35,464 bases of DNA from Ferroacidibacillus organovorans (GCF_001642725.1 NZ_LSUQ01000026.1:1-35464), one strand, 5' to 3'. Shown: positions 1 to 8,862, counted from the first letter of the stretch. Notes: generated from the sequence alone by a model not told the origin. Numbers and translations are program-made.

Positions 1-38
1 CTGCACACCTATGTATAGCGTGCGAGTCTCCGTGTCTC

Positions 39-67
39 TTGCATGGCACCGTCAACTGTGGTAAATT
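39..67 (+). promoter_or_regulatory. SigA-type promoter for tRNA-Leu
   Basis: TTGCAT (39-44), 17-bp spacer, TAAATT (62-67) with a TG extended -10 motif at 59-60; lies just upstream of the tRNA. Confidence 0.6.
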
Positions 68-84
68 AAGTAGGCGATTGACAT

Positions 85-171
85 GCGGTCGTGGCGGAAT
101 TGGCAGACGCGCAAGATTCAGGTTCTTGTGCCCGTCAGGGCGTGGAGGTTCAAGTCCTCTCGACCGCACCA
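85..171 (+). tRNA. tRNA-Leu(CAG)
   Basis: Acceptor stem GCGGTCG/CGACCGC; D-loop with TTGGCAGAC; anticodon stem CAAGA/TCTTG with CAG at 119-121; long variable arm; GGTTCAAGTCC T-arm; encoded 3' ACCA. Confidence 0.97.
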
Positions 172-176
172 CCTTT

Positions 177-206
177 AAAAGGCTACGCGATTCGTGTAGT
201 CTTTTT
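177..206 (+). terminator. Rho-independent terminator after the tRNA
   Basis: AAAAGGCTACGCGA/TCGTGTAGTCTTTT inverted repeat (with G-U pairs) followed by a T-tract. Confidence 0.75.
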
Positions 207-269
207 GTTTCGTTGCGCACCGGGCAACGCGCAAAGTTCAAAATTTTCGCAGAGAGGGAGGCGCGCTTC

Positions 270-656
270 ATGCACCTCTTGCACGGGATCGATTTGATCG
301 AGATTGAGCGGATGCACAACTTTCTCAATCAGCCAAAACGCCTCGCACGCATTTTTACCCCCCAAGAGATCGCGCACGCAAACCCATTCTCTGCAAAGCG
401 GCAAATGGAATGGTATGCAGGCCGCTTCGCGGCAAAAGAGGCTGCGATCAAGGCGCTCTACAGCGTAGAAAAGCGCACTCCGATCCGTTTTCTTCACATT
501 GAAGTAACCTCCACTGTAAGCGGCGCTCCGCACATGACCCTTCACGCAAACGCGCTTGACGTCGTCACACGACTCAGCATCTCAGAAATCACCCTTAGCA
601 TCACCCACAATCGCGATCACGCACTCGCCTCCGTGATCATGCTGCGCAAAGCATAA
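270..656 (+). CDS. acpS: Holo-[acyl-carrier-protein] synthase
   Basis: Motifs GIDLIEIER, FTPQE, AGRFAAKEA, GAP, LSITH. Start moved to ATG 270 (GGGAGG RBS); the longer ORF-track start overlaps the tRNA. Confidence 0.93.
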   Translation: MHLLHGIDLIEIERMHNFLNQPKRLARIFTPQEIAHANPFSAKRQMEWYAGRFAAKEAAIKALYSVEKRTPIRFLHIEVTSTVSGAPHMTLHANALDVVTRLSISEITLSITHNRDHALASVIMLRKA

Positions 657-680
657 AACTCCCCGCATCGGCAGACCCTA
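651..680 (+). promoter_or_regulatory. Possible forespore (SigG/SigF-like) promoter for the ger operon
   Basis: GCATA at 651-655 followed by GGCAGACCCTA ending at 680, a partial match to forespore promoter consensus; ger operons are typically forespore-expressed. Confidence 0.35.
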
Positions 681-737
681 CCAAATGAATGTCGACAGGA
701 TGCCCGGTCGATACACCATGCGGTGGAGGGATGCGCG

Positions 738-2936
738 ATGTTCAAACAGCGGCTCGTACGCGTACTCGCCTGGATCATCAACCTCTCCGAAGGTCCATCT
801 CCTTTTCGCGGACGTTTCAGCCTCAGTCCGAGCGCGTATGGGCGTGAAGGAACGGATGAAACGAGCTACGCCGAAGCGATGCGTGGCAACACAGAAAAAC
901 AGAATGAAAAATCCCACGAGCGATCTGAACACGGGCAACCAAGGACCGGCTACGTTGACAAAACGATGATCGAAAAAACTCTCGCCAAAACGTTTGGCCT
1001 GCGCCAACAAACCGGTGCATCAACAAAGGATCGCGGTTCGTCAAGCCGCGATCAAACAACTCCTGATGAAATAGCACAGAAAAGTGATCAAGCACAAGAT
1101 GAAGAACAAGCGCAACAAACCTATCAAAGTGTGAGCGAGCGCCGGGAAAAGCGCATCACGTCAGACGACACGACCGCAAATCCTCAGAATAACGCAGTCG
1201 ATCCTAGGCACCCCTTGCCTGCGTCACTCGCAGAGCAGGAGACGTACATCCGAAAACTGCTCCACGCGGAGCGCAACGCCGATATGGTGTTTGCTGAACA
1301 TTTTACAGCCGCCCACCAGCGCGTGCTTCTCGTCTATTCAAGTGTGACTGTAAAGGAACCGGCCATCGAGCAATTCATCTTGCAAGTGTTTCCGCACATT
1401 CACGAACCGCTCGAAGACATGACGACGCTCGCTCACCTCTTGCCGTGCGCCAATTGGTCGCTTGAGAGTGAAATGAGCAACCTGCCCGATCAGGTGATCG
1501 CCGGGAAGATTCTTCTCTTTATGGGTTTTTCTGAAGTGTTGACCTGTTCGTTTGCAGAGTTTAAAGCGCGCGAGATTGGCCAACCCGTCAACGAGTCGAT
1601 CATTCGCGGCCCCCAAGAAGCGTTCACCGAAGACCTGAATTACAACATGTCGATCATGCGCCGCGTCGTCCACTGCAAAGAACTCATTTTGCAAGTGAAA
1701 CAACTGCAAGACATCGGGTCGACGCGCGTGTGCGTCATGCACATCTCCGGGTTTACCAACCCCAAACTCGTCGATGAAGTCAATCGTCGACTCGATCATA
1801 TCGGTCGCATCTCGCTCGACGCCGTTGGCATCGTCATGCAGTTGATCGAAGATCATCCGTACTCGATTCTCCCGACGAGCCTCTACAGTGAGCGGCCCGA
1901 TTTTATCGCGCGCTACCTCTATCGCGGCTGCGTCGCGATCATCGTCGAGAATAAGCCGTTGGGACTCTTGGCGCCGACCACATTCCTCATGCAAATTGAA
2001 ACGTCAGATGACTTGTACCAGCGGTTTTGGTTTGTCAACTTCTTGCGCGTGCTGCGCGTCATCGCCATTTTTAACGCGCTTCTGCTTCCAGGGCTCTACA
2101 TCGCGCTCGTGAATTTTCAACAGGAGATGATCCCATCCGATCTCATGCTCACCATCTATTCGGCCCGTCAGAATGTGCCATTCCCGACGATCATCGAGGT
2201 CTTGATCCTCGAACTCGGTTTTGAACTGATCCGTGAAGCGTCGCTGCGCGTCCCAAAGGTGATCGGACCAACGGTTGGCATCGTCGGAGCGCTGATCCTC
2301 GGTCAATCGGCGGTGCAAGCAGATCTCGTGACACCGCTCGTCGTCATTTTAATTTCGATCACGGGCCTCAGTTCGTATGCCGTGCCAAACGTCGAACTCA
2401 ATTTTTCGATTCGCTACCTGCGCTTTATCTTTACATTTATGAGCTGGATTTTTGGTTTGTTCGGACTGGGGTGCACGCTGTTGATCTTGCTTATCTACGT
2501 CGCTTCCATGCAATCCTTCGGGGTACCCTACCTCACGCCTCTGTCACCGTATCGCCCGAAAGAAGAAGGTTTCTTTCGAAAAAACGTCATCAAGTACGAC
2601 GAACTCCCAGGGTCGCTGCGCAGTCGGCCCACCTTAAATGAGACGTCACAAAAGAAGGATCGCATGGCGCCGCAAACCGTATCAACGAACGTGGATAGCG
2701 CTCAGGGAACTCCACAAGAGCGGCCGCAAGATGCGCAATCAGGAAAGGCTGATCAAGCGCAAGCCTCTTCGAACAGACCCTGGCGCACCAAGCGTAACGT
2801 GCGAAAAATTGGAACCGGGTCATCCTCGAAGGATGATCCATCCCAAAAGAGTGAATCCACAGCGGCGAGTGCATCCTCAACCACCAGCACCTCCCAAGCG
2901 GGGACGGCCGACGCGAGCGGGGGGTCGACCGCATGA
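738..2936 (+). CDS. Spore germination receptor A subunit (GerA/GerKA family) with long N- and C-terminal extensions
   Basis: Motifs ESIIRGPQEAFTE, SERPD, PFPTIIEVLILELGFELIREASLRVP, IVGALILGQSAVQA, SFGVPYLTP; ATG 738 with GGAGG RBS. Confidence 0.93.
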   Translation: MFKQRLVRVLAWIINLSEGPSPFRGRFSLSPSAYGREGTDETSYAEAMRGNTEKQNEKSHERSEHGQPRTGYVDKTMIEKTLAKTFGLRQQTGASTKDRGSSSRDQTTPDEIAQKSDQAQDEEQAQQTYQSVSERREKRITSDDTTANPQNNAVDPRHPLPASLAEQETYIRKLLHAERNADMVFAEHFTAAHQRVLLVYSSVTVKEPAIEQFILQVFPHIHEPLEDMTTLAHLLPCANWSLESEMSNLPDQVIAGKILLFMGFSEVLTCSFAEFKAREIGQPVNESIIRGPQEAFTEDLNYNMSIMRRVVHCKELILQVKQLQDIGSTRVCVMHISGFTNPKLVDEVNRRLDHIGRISLDAVGIVMQLIEDHPYSILPTSLYSERPDFIARYLYRGCVAIIVENKPLGLLAPTTFLMQIETSDDLYQRFWFVNFLRVLRVIAIFNALLLPGLYIALVNFQQEMIPSDLMLTIYSARQNVPFPTIIEVLILELGFELIREASLRVPKVIGPTVGIVGALILGQSAVQADLVTPLVVILISITGLSSYAVPNVELNFSIRYLRFIFTFMSWIFGLFGLGCTLLILLIYVASMQSFGVPYLTPLSPYRPKEEGFFRKNVIKYDELPGSLRSRPTLNETSQKKDRMAPQTVSTNVDSAQGTPQERPQDAQSGKADQAQASSNRPWRTKRNVRKIGTGSSSKDDPSQKSESTAASASSTTSTSQAGTADASGGSTA

Positions 2937-4090
2937 TTCAAGAAGGTCGCATCAGCAACCTACACCTTGCCGCGATTGTCGCGGTTGTCATCCTCAGTAA
3001 GGCGCTCAATCCATTTTTTGTGATTCTCGTGCACTACGGACACTCGGCGGCTGGACTGCTCGGCATGCTCTCTGCGACGATCATGTTTTTGTTTGTCCTA
3101 CCCCTTTTCGTTGCGGCAAAAACGAACCACAGCTTTGTCGGATTGGCGAAGATCAATCTCGGGAATTTCCTCGGCACGCTGATCGGCGCTTCTTCCCTTG
3201 TGCTGCTCTATTTAGACGCGTGTGTCAGCATGCGCGCAGACATTGAACAGGTGCAACTCGTCTTTCTCCCCCAGACGCCGCCCACTGTCATCGATTACGT
3301 CTTTCTCATCTTCATGCTTTTTGGCGCCTATATGGGGCTGGAAGTGATCGCCCGCGCGACGCTGATCACCTATACCGTCGTCGTCACGACGATCCTGATC
3401 CTCACGATCCTTACCACCTCGCAGTGGGATACAACCAGCTTCTTTCCGCCGCTAGGACCTGGAATCGGCACGCTCGCAAAGCAAGGCGTCCTGCACGCAG
3501 GATACTTTGGAGAAATCATCCTTTTTTTTATGCTGCGCCCCTTTCTCCGCACCTACGCGCAGTTTAAACGCGGGTTGCTCTGGGGGTATGGCACCGCCGT
3601 GTCCATGGTGGTCGTGGGGCTCTATATCACCCAGTTCATGCTGCCCTACCCAACCGACGATCACCTTTACTATCTTTTCATCGAGGTTGGAAAACTGCTG
3701 TATTTCGGTCGTTTTTTCCAACACATCGAAGCGATTTTCGCGCTGTCTTGGCTCCCCGTCTCACTTCTTCGCATGACCATTTTTCTGTTCGTCATATGCC
3801 TCCAACTCGCGGAACTATGCAACACCACAAACTACCGAAGGTTTCTCTTACCCACCGGTTTTCTGATCTATCTCGGCTCTTTTGTGCCGCCAAGCCTTGA
3901 GGCGGCGATCGATTTTAAAGACATCTGGCTCCAGCAGCGAACATTCCCCTTGTATGGCGGGTTCGCACTCCTCGTCGGAATCGTCAGCTTGATCCGCAAG
4001 CGACACAAACAAGCAGATCAAGGCAGCGCTGAGAAGAAGAGCGACCAATCGCCAAGAAGGGGGGGCAGAAAGCGTGCGCGCTTCGCTTAA
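2933..4090 (+). CDS. Spore germination receptor B subunit (GerAB/KB family, APC-fold membrane protein)
   Basis: About 10 hydrophobic segments; motifs LPQTP, GLEVIAR, FFQHIEAIF; ATGA overlap with the A-subunit stop. Confidence 0.88.
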   Translation: MIQEGRISNLHLAAIVAVVILSKALNPFFVILVHYGHSAAGLLGMLSATIMFLFVLPLFVAAKTNHSFVGLAKINLGNFLGTLIGASSLVLLYLDACVSMRADIEQVQLVFLPQTPPTVIDYVFLIFMLFGAYMGLEVIARATLITYTVVVTTILILTILTTSQWDTTSFFPPLGPGIGTLAKQGVLHAGYFGEIILFFMLRPFLRTYAQFKRGLLWGYGTAVSMVVVGLYITQFMLPYPTDDHLYYLFIEVGKLLYFGRFFQHIEAIFALSWLPVSLLRMTIFLFVICLQLAELCNTTNYRRFLLPTGFLIYLGSFVPPSLEAAIDFKDIWLQQRTFPLYGGFALLVGIVSLIRKRHKQADQGSAEKKSDQSPRRGGRKRARFA

Positions 4091-5342
4091 CCGAAAATCC
4101 CATCGCGTCACTCGCCGCTCCCTGGCGCTCTCTCTTTTGTTCGCGTCAAGTTTTGCGCTGACCGGCTGTTGGGACAGTCACGAACTGGAGGATCTCACCT
4201 TTATCAGCATCGTCGGCGTGGATGAGGCGCCGCAAAAAAACAACCTGCAAATCTCGTTTCAGTACGAGGCGCCGCTCTCGATCCAGGGTTCCAACCCAAA
4301 CGTCGCTCAGGCGAAAAACATTGTCGCGACGTTTGTCACGCCAAGCTTCGGCGCGGCGAGAAACCTCGCCAACATCACGACCGATCGGCAGCTTTCACTG
4401 CTTCAGTGCAAAGCGATCATTCTCTCAGAAGCGCTCATCAAACACGAAGACGCGATTGAACTGATGGAGGCCTTGGTGCGCGAACGCGATTTTCGTCGCG
4501 ATATTGCCGTCATCACAAGCCTTGATCCGATCGAAAAGATCATGCACGTGAATCGCAGCAAACTCGGCAGTTCGTCTGCGCGCACACTCGAAAATTTGCG
4601 GAATCAGGTCACCTACACGAGCCTTGTTCCAAAAACCACCCTGAACGATTTTTTTATCCGTGTCGAGTCGGGGAACACGCTGCCGATCACACCGCTGATC
4701 GCGATCAAATCGCGCCTCAGCAAAACATCTCAGCTAAAGAACGAGGATGAGGTTTACGCGGGACAAGTCCCGCTCGATCATGGCGATAATCCGGTTGAGG
4801 CGATGGGCGCAGAAGTGTATCAAAACAACCTCGGCGTCGGGCGTTTGACTGGCGCAGAAGTGCGCATCTACGCGATCATGCGAAATAAGACCGGTCAGTT
4901 TATCAAAAGTTTCGACGACCCTGTCAAACACGGTGCGCGTGACGCCGTCCTGATCAAACAGTACTATTCGCCACACGTCACGGCGCATCTCGACAAGACC
5001 CAGTTGCATATCCTCATTGACGTACCCCTTCAGGCGTCATTGATCGGCACGAATGCAGGCGTTGATTTTGTGCAGAACGCTCGTTACACGCGCCTTCTCG
5101 AGCGAGGGTTAGAGCGCCATTTGGAACAGGAAACGTATGCCCTTTTGCGCCGCTGCCAGACCGCGTTTCACGGCGATATTTTCGGATTTTCTGGCGCCTT
5201 AAAAACCAGGTTTCTCACAGATCAAGGCTGGAAAGCGTTTCACTATGTGCAGAAATTCAATCACGCTAAGTTCACCGTTCGCTACCATATTCTCATGAGT
5301 TCGTTTGGCAAGCAGCGCGCGCCCGCGAACATTACAGAATAA
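4074..5342 (+). CDS. Spore germination receptor C subunit (Ger(x)C lipoprotein)
   Basis: Lipobox LTGC followed by WDSHELEDL..GVD, typical of Ger(x)C; DIFGF near the C-terminus; overlaps the B-subunit end. Confidence 0.9.
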   Translation: MRASLNRKSHRVTRRSLALSLLFASSFALTGCWDSHELEDLTFISIVGVDEAPQKNNLQISFQYEAPLSIQGSNPNVAQAKNIVATFVTPSFGAARNLANITTDRQLSLLQCKAIILSEALIKHEDAIELMEALVRERDFRRDIAVITSLDPIEKIMHVNRSKLGSSSARTLENLRNQVTYTSLVPKTTLNDFFIRVESGNTLPITPLIAIKSRLSKTSQLKNEDEVYAGQVPLDHGDNPVEAMGAEVYQNNLGVGRLTGAEVRIYAIMRNKTGQFIKSFDDPVKHGARDAVLIKQYYSPHVTAHLDKTQLHILIDVPLQASLIGTNAGVDFVQNARYTRLLERGLERHLEQETYALLRRCQTAFHGDIFGFSGALKTRFLTDQGWKAFHYVQKFNHAKFTVRYHILMSSFGKQRAPANITE

Positions 5343-5390
5343 GGAGACCGTCCCGATGTACGCTGCGAGAAAAAGAAGGTCGGTGCAACT

Positions 5391-5582
5391 GTGATATTCT
5401 TTTTGCGATTCTATTTGCCGATGATGATCGTGTTCGTATTTTCCGGACCCGTCGTTCCCTACTTGTGGAAAAAAGAACGCGCCTCTTCGATCATCCTCGC
5501 ACTACTCATTCTCTTTACAATCAGTCTCGCCATTCTCGTCCTCATCGAGTATACGCACTGGAATTCCACCCTGCCGTGGTGA
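5391..5582 (+). CDS. Small two-helix membrane protein at the end of the ger operon (possible germinant-receptor 'D' accessory protein); the true start may be ATG 5356 in another frame
   Basis: 63 aa with two hydrophobic stretches separated by LWKKER; lies directly after the C subunit. Confidence 0.6.
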   Translation: MIFFLRFYLPMMIVFVFSGPVVPYLWKKERASSIILALLILFTISLAILVLIEYTHWNSTLPW

Positions 5583-5662
5583 GCGTGCAGGATTTTCCTG
5601 AACCAACTGTGCATAAGCGCGCTGCTACGTCACACTCGCGCTCCATCACTTCGGAAATGCGT

Positions 5663-6808
5663 TCACAAAACGCCTGTCGCGCCGCCGATGTACGCGTTTG
5701 CAGGATAGCCGTTTTGCTCCCAGTACCCATCGACGCGCGTCGCGTCAAAGCGAATGCGGTTGAGCCACTTGATCGACTTATAGCCGTACATCTCCGGCAC
5801 AAACAAGCGCAGTGGATACCCTTGCTGTACAGGGAGCGGCTCGCCGTTGATCGCGTACAGCAGCAGCACGTCAGAGACTGTCGCCTGCGCCATCGTGAGA
5901 CTCTCCGTATACACCCCGTCTGCCGAAAAAAAGGTGACATACTTCGCATCTGACGTCGGCGCAACGCTCCGTATCACCTCGCGTAGCGACACGCCCGTAA
6001 ACATGAGGTTCGGCACAACCCAGCCTGTCACACACTGAAAATTGCGCGCGATGCGCTCCTGTGGCATGGCCTTCAGATCTGCAAGCGTCAGGGTCAAGGG
6101 TTTTCCGACGAGTCCGTCGATCTGCAAGCGATACGTCTGTTCTTTTAGCGCTGGATACGATCCCGTGACCGTATAGTACTCAGGAAACGGCGGAATCGCA
6201 CTCCCCTTTGAGGCTTTTGAACCAAGCGCGAGCAGCGTTTCGGCCGGTCTTCGTCCACCAACTGCGAGCGCGACAAAACTGCCGAGCACGCCAAGCGCGC
6301 TATAGCGAAGAAAGTGACGGCGACTCCAATCGACGCGGCGGGTGATCACTGAATCGCGCGCTTTTGTGCCGATGGAAAAGAGCCGCATCGCAACATGGAT
6401 GACGATCCAACCCGCCATGATGTACGCGAAATCTCCGTGAAGCGTAAATGCGAGTCCGCGCCACGTCGCGGGAAAGAGGGCGATCAGCCAGAGCGCGAGC
6501 CCTGTCAGCGTAATGGCGCCAAGCAGCACCTGCGTCATGATCCAGTCGAGACGACGTACCCTTTTCCCTTTTGGAAGTCGGGCAACGAGGGGAAGCAAAA
6601 GGGCGAGTCCGAGCAGAATTCCGGCCGTGATGTGAAGATCGAGCAGCAGCGGTAGTACAGGGATGAGCACGGTGTGAACCTGCGGGAGAAAGAGCAGGAG
6701 ACCTGTGACGAGGAGAACACAAAATGCTGTGAGTGCAAACCAATGTGTTCGCACGTAGATCATGGGCCATTTACCGTGCGCGAAGGCGCGCTTCATGGAT
6801 TCGTTCAC
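5663..6808 (-). CDS. Cytochrome b domain fused to a sulfite-oxidase-family (MsrP/YedY-like) molybdopterin oxidoreductase
   Basis: C-terminal FQCVTGW (Mo-ligating Cys), GYPLRL.VP..YGYKSIKWL..I, GYWE..GY. N-terminal four TM helices with candidate heme-ligand His (THW, LHI, LHG, IHV). Internal SRRHFL. Start could be ATG 6796. Confidence 0.88.
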   Translation of the reverse strand: MNESMKRAFAHGKWPMIYVRTHWFALTAFCVLLVTGLLLFLPQVHTVLIPVLPLLLDLHITAGILLGLALLLPLVARLPKGKRVRRLDWIMTQVLLGAITLTGLALWLIALFPATWRGLAFTLHGDFAYIMAGWIVIHVAMRLFSIGTKARDSVITRRVDWSRRHFLRYSALGVLGSFVALAVGGRRPAETLLALGSKASKGSAIPPFPEYYTVTGSYPALKEQTYRLQIDGLVGKPLTLTLADLKAMPQERIARNFQCVTGWVVPNLMFTGVSLREVIRSVAPTSDAKYVTFFSADGVYTESLTMAQATVSDVLLLYAINGEPLPVQQGYPLRLFVPEMYGYKSIKWLNRIRFDATRVDGYWEQNGYPANAYIGGATGVL

Positions 6809-6930
6809 TCCCCGCGTCGCCGCACGACCATCGATCGATCAAAAGAGCGGCTGCTTTCCCTTTGATACGATCGATTCTACATAGTGGATTCACGCGTGAA
6901 CCGTTTTTACGTGACCATTCCGTGACATTT

Positions 6931-7710
6931 TCACATCAGGCCTGAACGCGTGAACCGTTGCAAAAAAGAGGCGAGAAGGCTGACCAAAACGCCCAATCCG
7001 ACGAGCAGGACAGACAGCGGAACAATTTGCGCAAGTCCGCCAGAAATAAACGATACCCAAGCGTAGATCGGCAGCGTGTAGGGATGATATGCCATCATGA
7101 GCGTCGCCCCAAACTCACCGATCGCGCGCGCAAACGTCAGGACGGCGCCGACGCCAATCGCGTCTTTGCAAATTGGGAGCAGCACATGCCAAAAATAGGC
7201 CCAAGAATCTCCTCCTAGCGTCTGTGTCGCTTCGAGATACTCTTTTGGCACTTCTGTCATCGCCTGTGAAACACTCAGAATGAGAAAAGGACTCGCGACA
7301 AAAAGTTGCGCAAGCACAACCCCCACGCTACTTCCGGTGAGAGAGACGCCAAACGCACTAAACCACGCGCCAAGCGGCGTGTTTGGTCCATACAGCATGA
7401 GTTCCGCCATCCCGCCGATGAGCGACGGGATGATCAGAGGGATCAAGAGGAATCCATGAAGTGTCTGTCGAATCAAACGCGGCGCACGCGAAAGCGCAAA
7501 ACTCGCGGGAACACCAAAGAGCATGGCGCAAAACGTTGTGAGCGCCGCCGTCTGCAATGACGTTTCAAGCGCCGGGAAAAATGCCGGATCCGAAACCAGG
7601 CTCTGAAACGACAGCGCATTTCGTGAGTGAAAAAGTGCACCGAGCGGCGCAAGGATAAAACTGAACGGAATGATCAGCAAAAGCGAATGAATAGGCGCGC
7701 GTTTTCTCAC
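6931..7710 (-). CDS. Molybdate/tungstate ABC transporter permease (ModB/WtpB family)
   Basis: Multiple TM segments; PLIIP..GG, LAQLFVASPF, EAA loop (YLEATQTLG), FARAIGEFGAT. Confidence 0.88.
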   Translation of the reverse strand: MRKRAPIHSLLLIIPFSFILAPLGALFHSRNALSFQSLVSDPAFFPALETSLQTAALTTFCAMLFGVPASFALSRAPRLIRQTLHGFLLIPLIIPSLIGGMAELMLYGPNTPLGAWFSAFGVSLTGSSVGVVLAQLFVASPFLILSVSQAMTEVPKEYLEATQTLGGDSWAYFWHVLLPICKDAIGVGAVLTFARAIGEFGATLMMAYHPYTLPIYAWVSFISGGLAQIVPLSVLLVGLGVLVSLLASFLQRFTRSGLM

Positions 7711-7716
7711 GTTCCG

Positions 7717-8817
7717 TTACGCGTGGACACTGCCCTTTGTAGGTGTCAGGTCTTTTTGCAAAACGGTCGGGATCGCTGAACGAAGTCCATACGCAGTATG
7801 AGGCATCGCCGTAAACCCTTCTCGCAAAAGAATTTTGTTCGCAGGTCCCGAGAGCAAGTCGTTGACGAAGGCAATCGCCGCCGCCTTATGCTTGGCGTTT
7901 GTGGGAATCGAGATGGTAAACACGATCGGTTCCGCGTGGGACGTCTTACCTTTTTGTGTCCACGTTGCGTTGTGATAAAAAGCAGACTCTGCCGGATCGC
8001 CGAGGTTGATCGCGTTTGGCAGTGTGATATAAGGCACATGCCACTCTTTTGCCTCATGCAAAAAGGCGACCGCCGCATCGACTTGACCTGTCTTCAATTG
8101 CGCGAGCAGCGCTTCTTCCGGGAAGATCTGTTTTGGGTTTAGCGCGCTGCCGATGATGCGCGATGAGAGCGTTTTGTTGTGATAGAAACGTTCAGCCAAT
8201 TGGAGCATCTCGACGGTCATGACGCCTTTTGGATCGATCGTCGGATCCGTGCGGCCGAGGCGAAAGCCCTTTTGTTCGAGAACAGAGTACCAGGGCAGGC
8301 GATGCGCTGCGGCGAGACGAAGGTCTTTGGCGTAGCGACTGGTCGGGTTATAAGCGATCACCAATTGATCTTTGGCGAGTGTGATGTACCAGGTTTCGAG
8401 ATTGTGGTTGGTCTTTCCCATGAGCAAGGACGTATTGACAGAAGGCGCCGCGCTGATAAACACGTCAGGCTGCCCCAATCCGTTTCTCATCATTTGGGCG
8501 AGCGCGACGGATCCCATGCCTTTGCCCTGGTACGTATCCCCTGTCATCTTATCAAACTGTGGCCCGATCGCCTGTTCCATGACCTGCGTCATCGATCCCG
8601 CGTAGTATACCTTTAGCGGAGTATGCGCGACGGACGTCGCCGCGCGACGTGCCAAATGTTTCGGCTGTGTCCCTTGTTGCGCGGTGTGCGAAGCTGTGTT
8701 TTTCGTTGTGCCAAACGCGTGAGTCGCGCCCAGTGTGCCTGCCAAAAGCGTCAAACTTGCAATTGAAAAGAGTGTAAACCGAATTTTTCGCTGTCCTCGT
8801 ATTGAATCATTTTTCAT
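7717..8817 (-). CDS. Molybdate/tungstate-binding protein, WtpA / archaeal ModA class
   Basis: YAGSM, GSVALA, DVFISA, GRTDP..DPKG, FPEE, LP.AINLGD, PIVFTISIP; N-terminal signal peptide; GGAG RBS. Confidence 0.85.
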   Translation of the reverse strand: MKNDSIRGQRKIRFTLFSIASLTLLAGTLGATHAFGTTKNTASHTAQQGTQPKHLARRAATSVAHTPLKVYYAGSMTQVMEQAIGPQFDKMTGDTYQGKGMGSVALAQMMRNGLGQPDVFISAAPSVNTSLLMGKTNHNLETWYITLAKDQLVIAYNPTSRYAKDLRLAAAHRLPWYSVLEQKGFRLGRTDPTIDPKGVMTVEMLQLAERFYHNKTLSSRIIGSALNPKQIFPEEALLAQLKTGQVDAAVAFLHEAKEWHVPYITLPNAINLGDPAESAFYHNATWTQKGKTSHAEPIVFTISIPTNAKHKAAAIAFVNDLLSGPANKILLREGFTAMPHTAYGLRSAIPTVLQKDLTPTKGSVHA

Positions 8818-8862
8818 AAAGTATCCGTCTCTCCTTCACTATCAATCGTGCTATGTCGATGG

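Noticed and set aside
45..56. 12-mer GGCACCGTCAAC also present inverted at 20039-20050
   Set aside because: Isolated 12-bp matches are expected by chance in 35 kb; no mobile-element context
85..171. tRNA-Leu as the attachment site of an integrated island covering the accessory genes
   Set aside because: No integrase or transposase in the window and no second copy of the tRNA 3' end found by eye; the adjacent acpS and ger genes look native
39..269. N-terminal 77-aa extension of AcpS in the ORF track, and ORF 91..297
   Set aside because: They run through the tRNA and its terminator; the RBS-supported start is ATG 270
6897..6924. Second ECF-type promoter (TGAACC ... CGTG)
   Set aside because: The spacer is 18 bp rather than 16, and it points antisense into the permease gene
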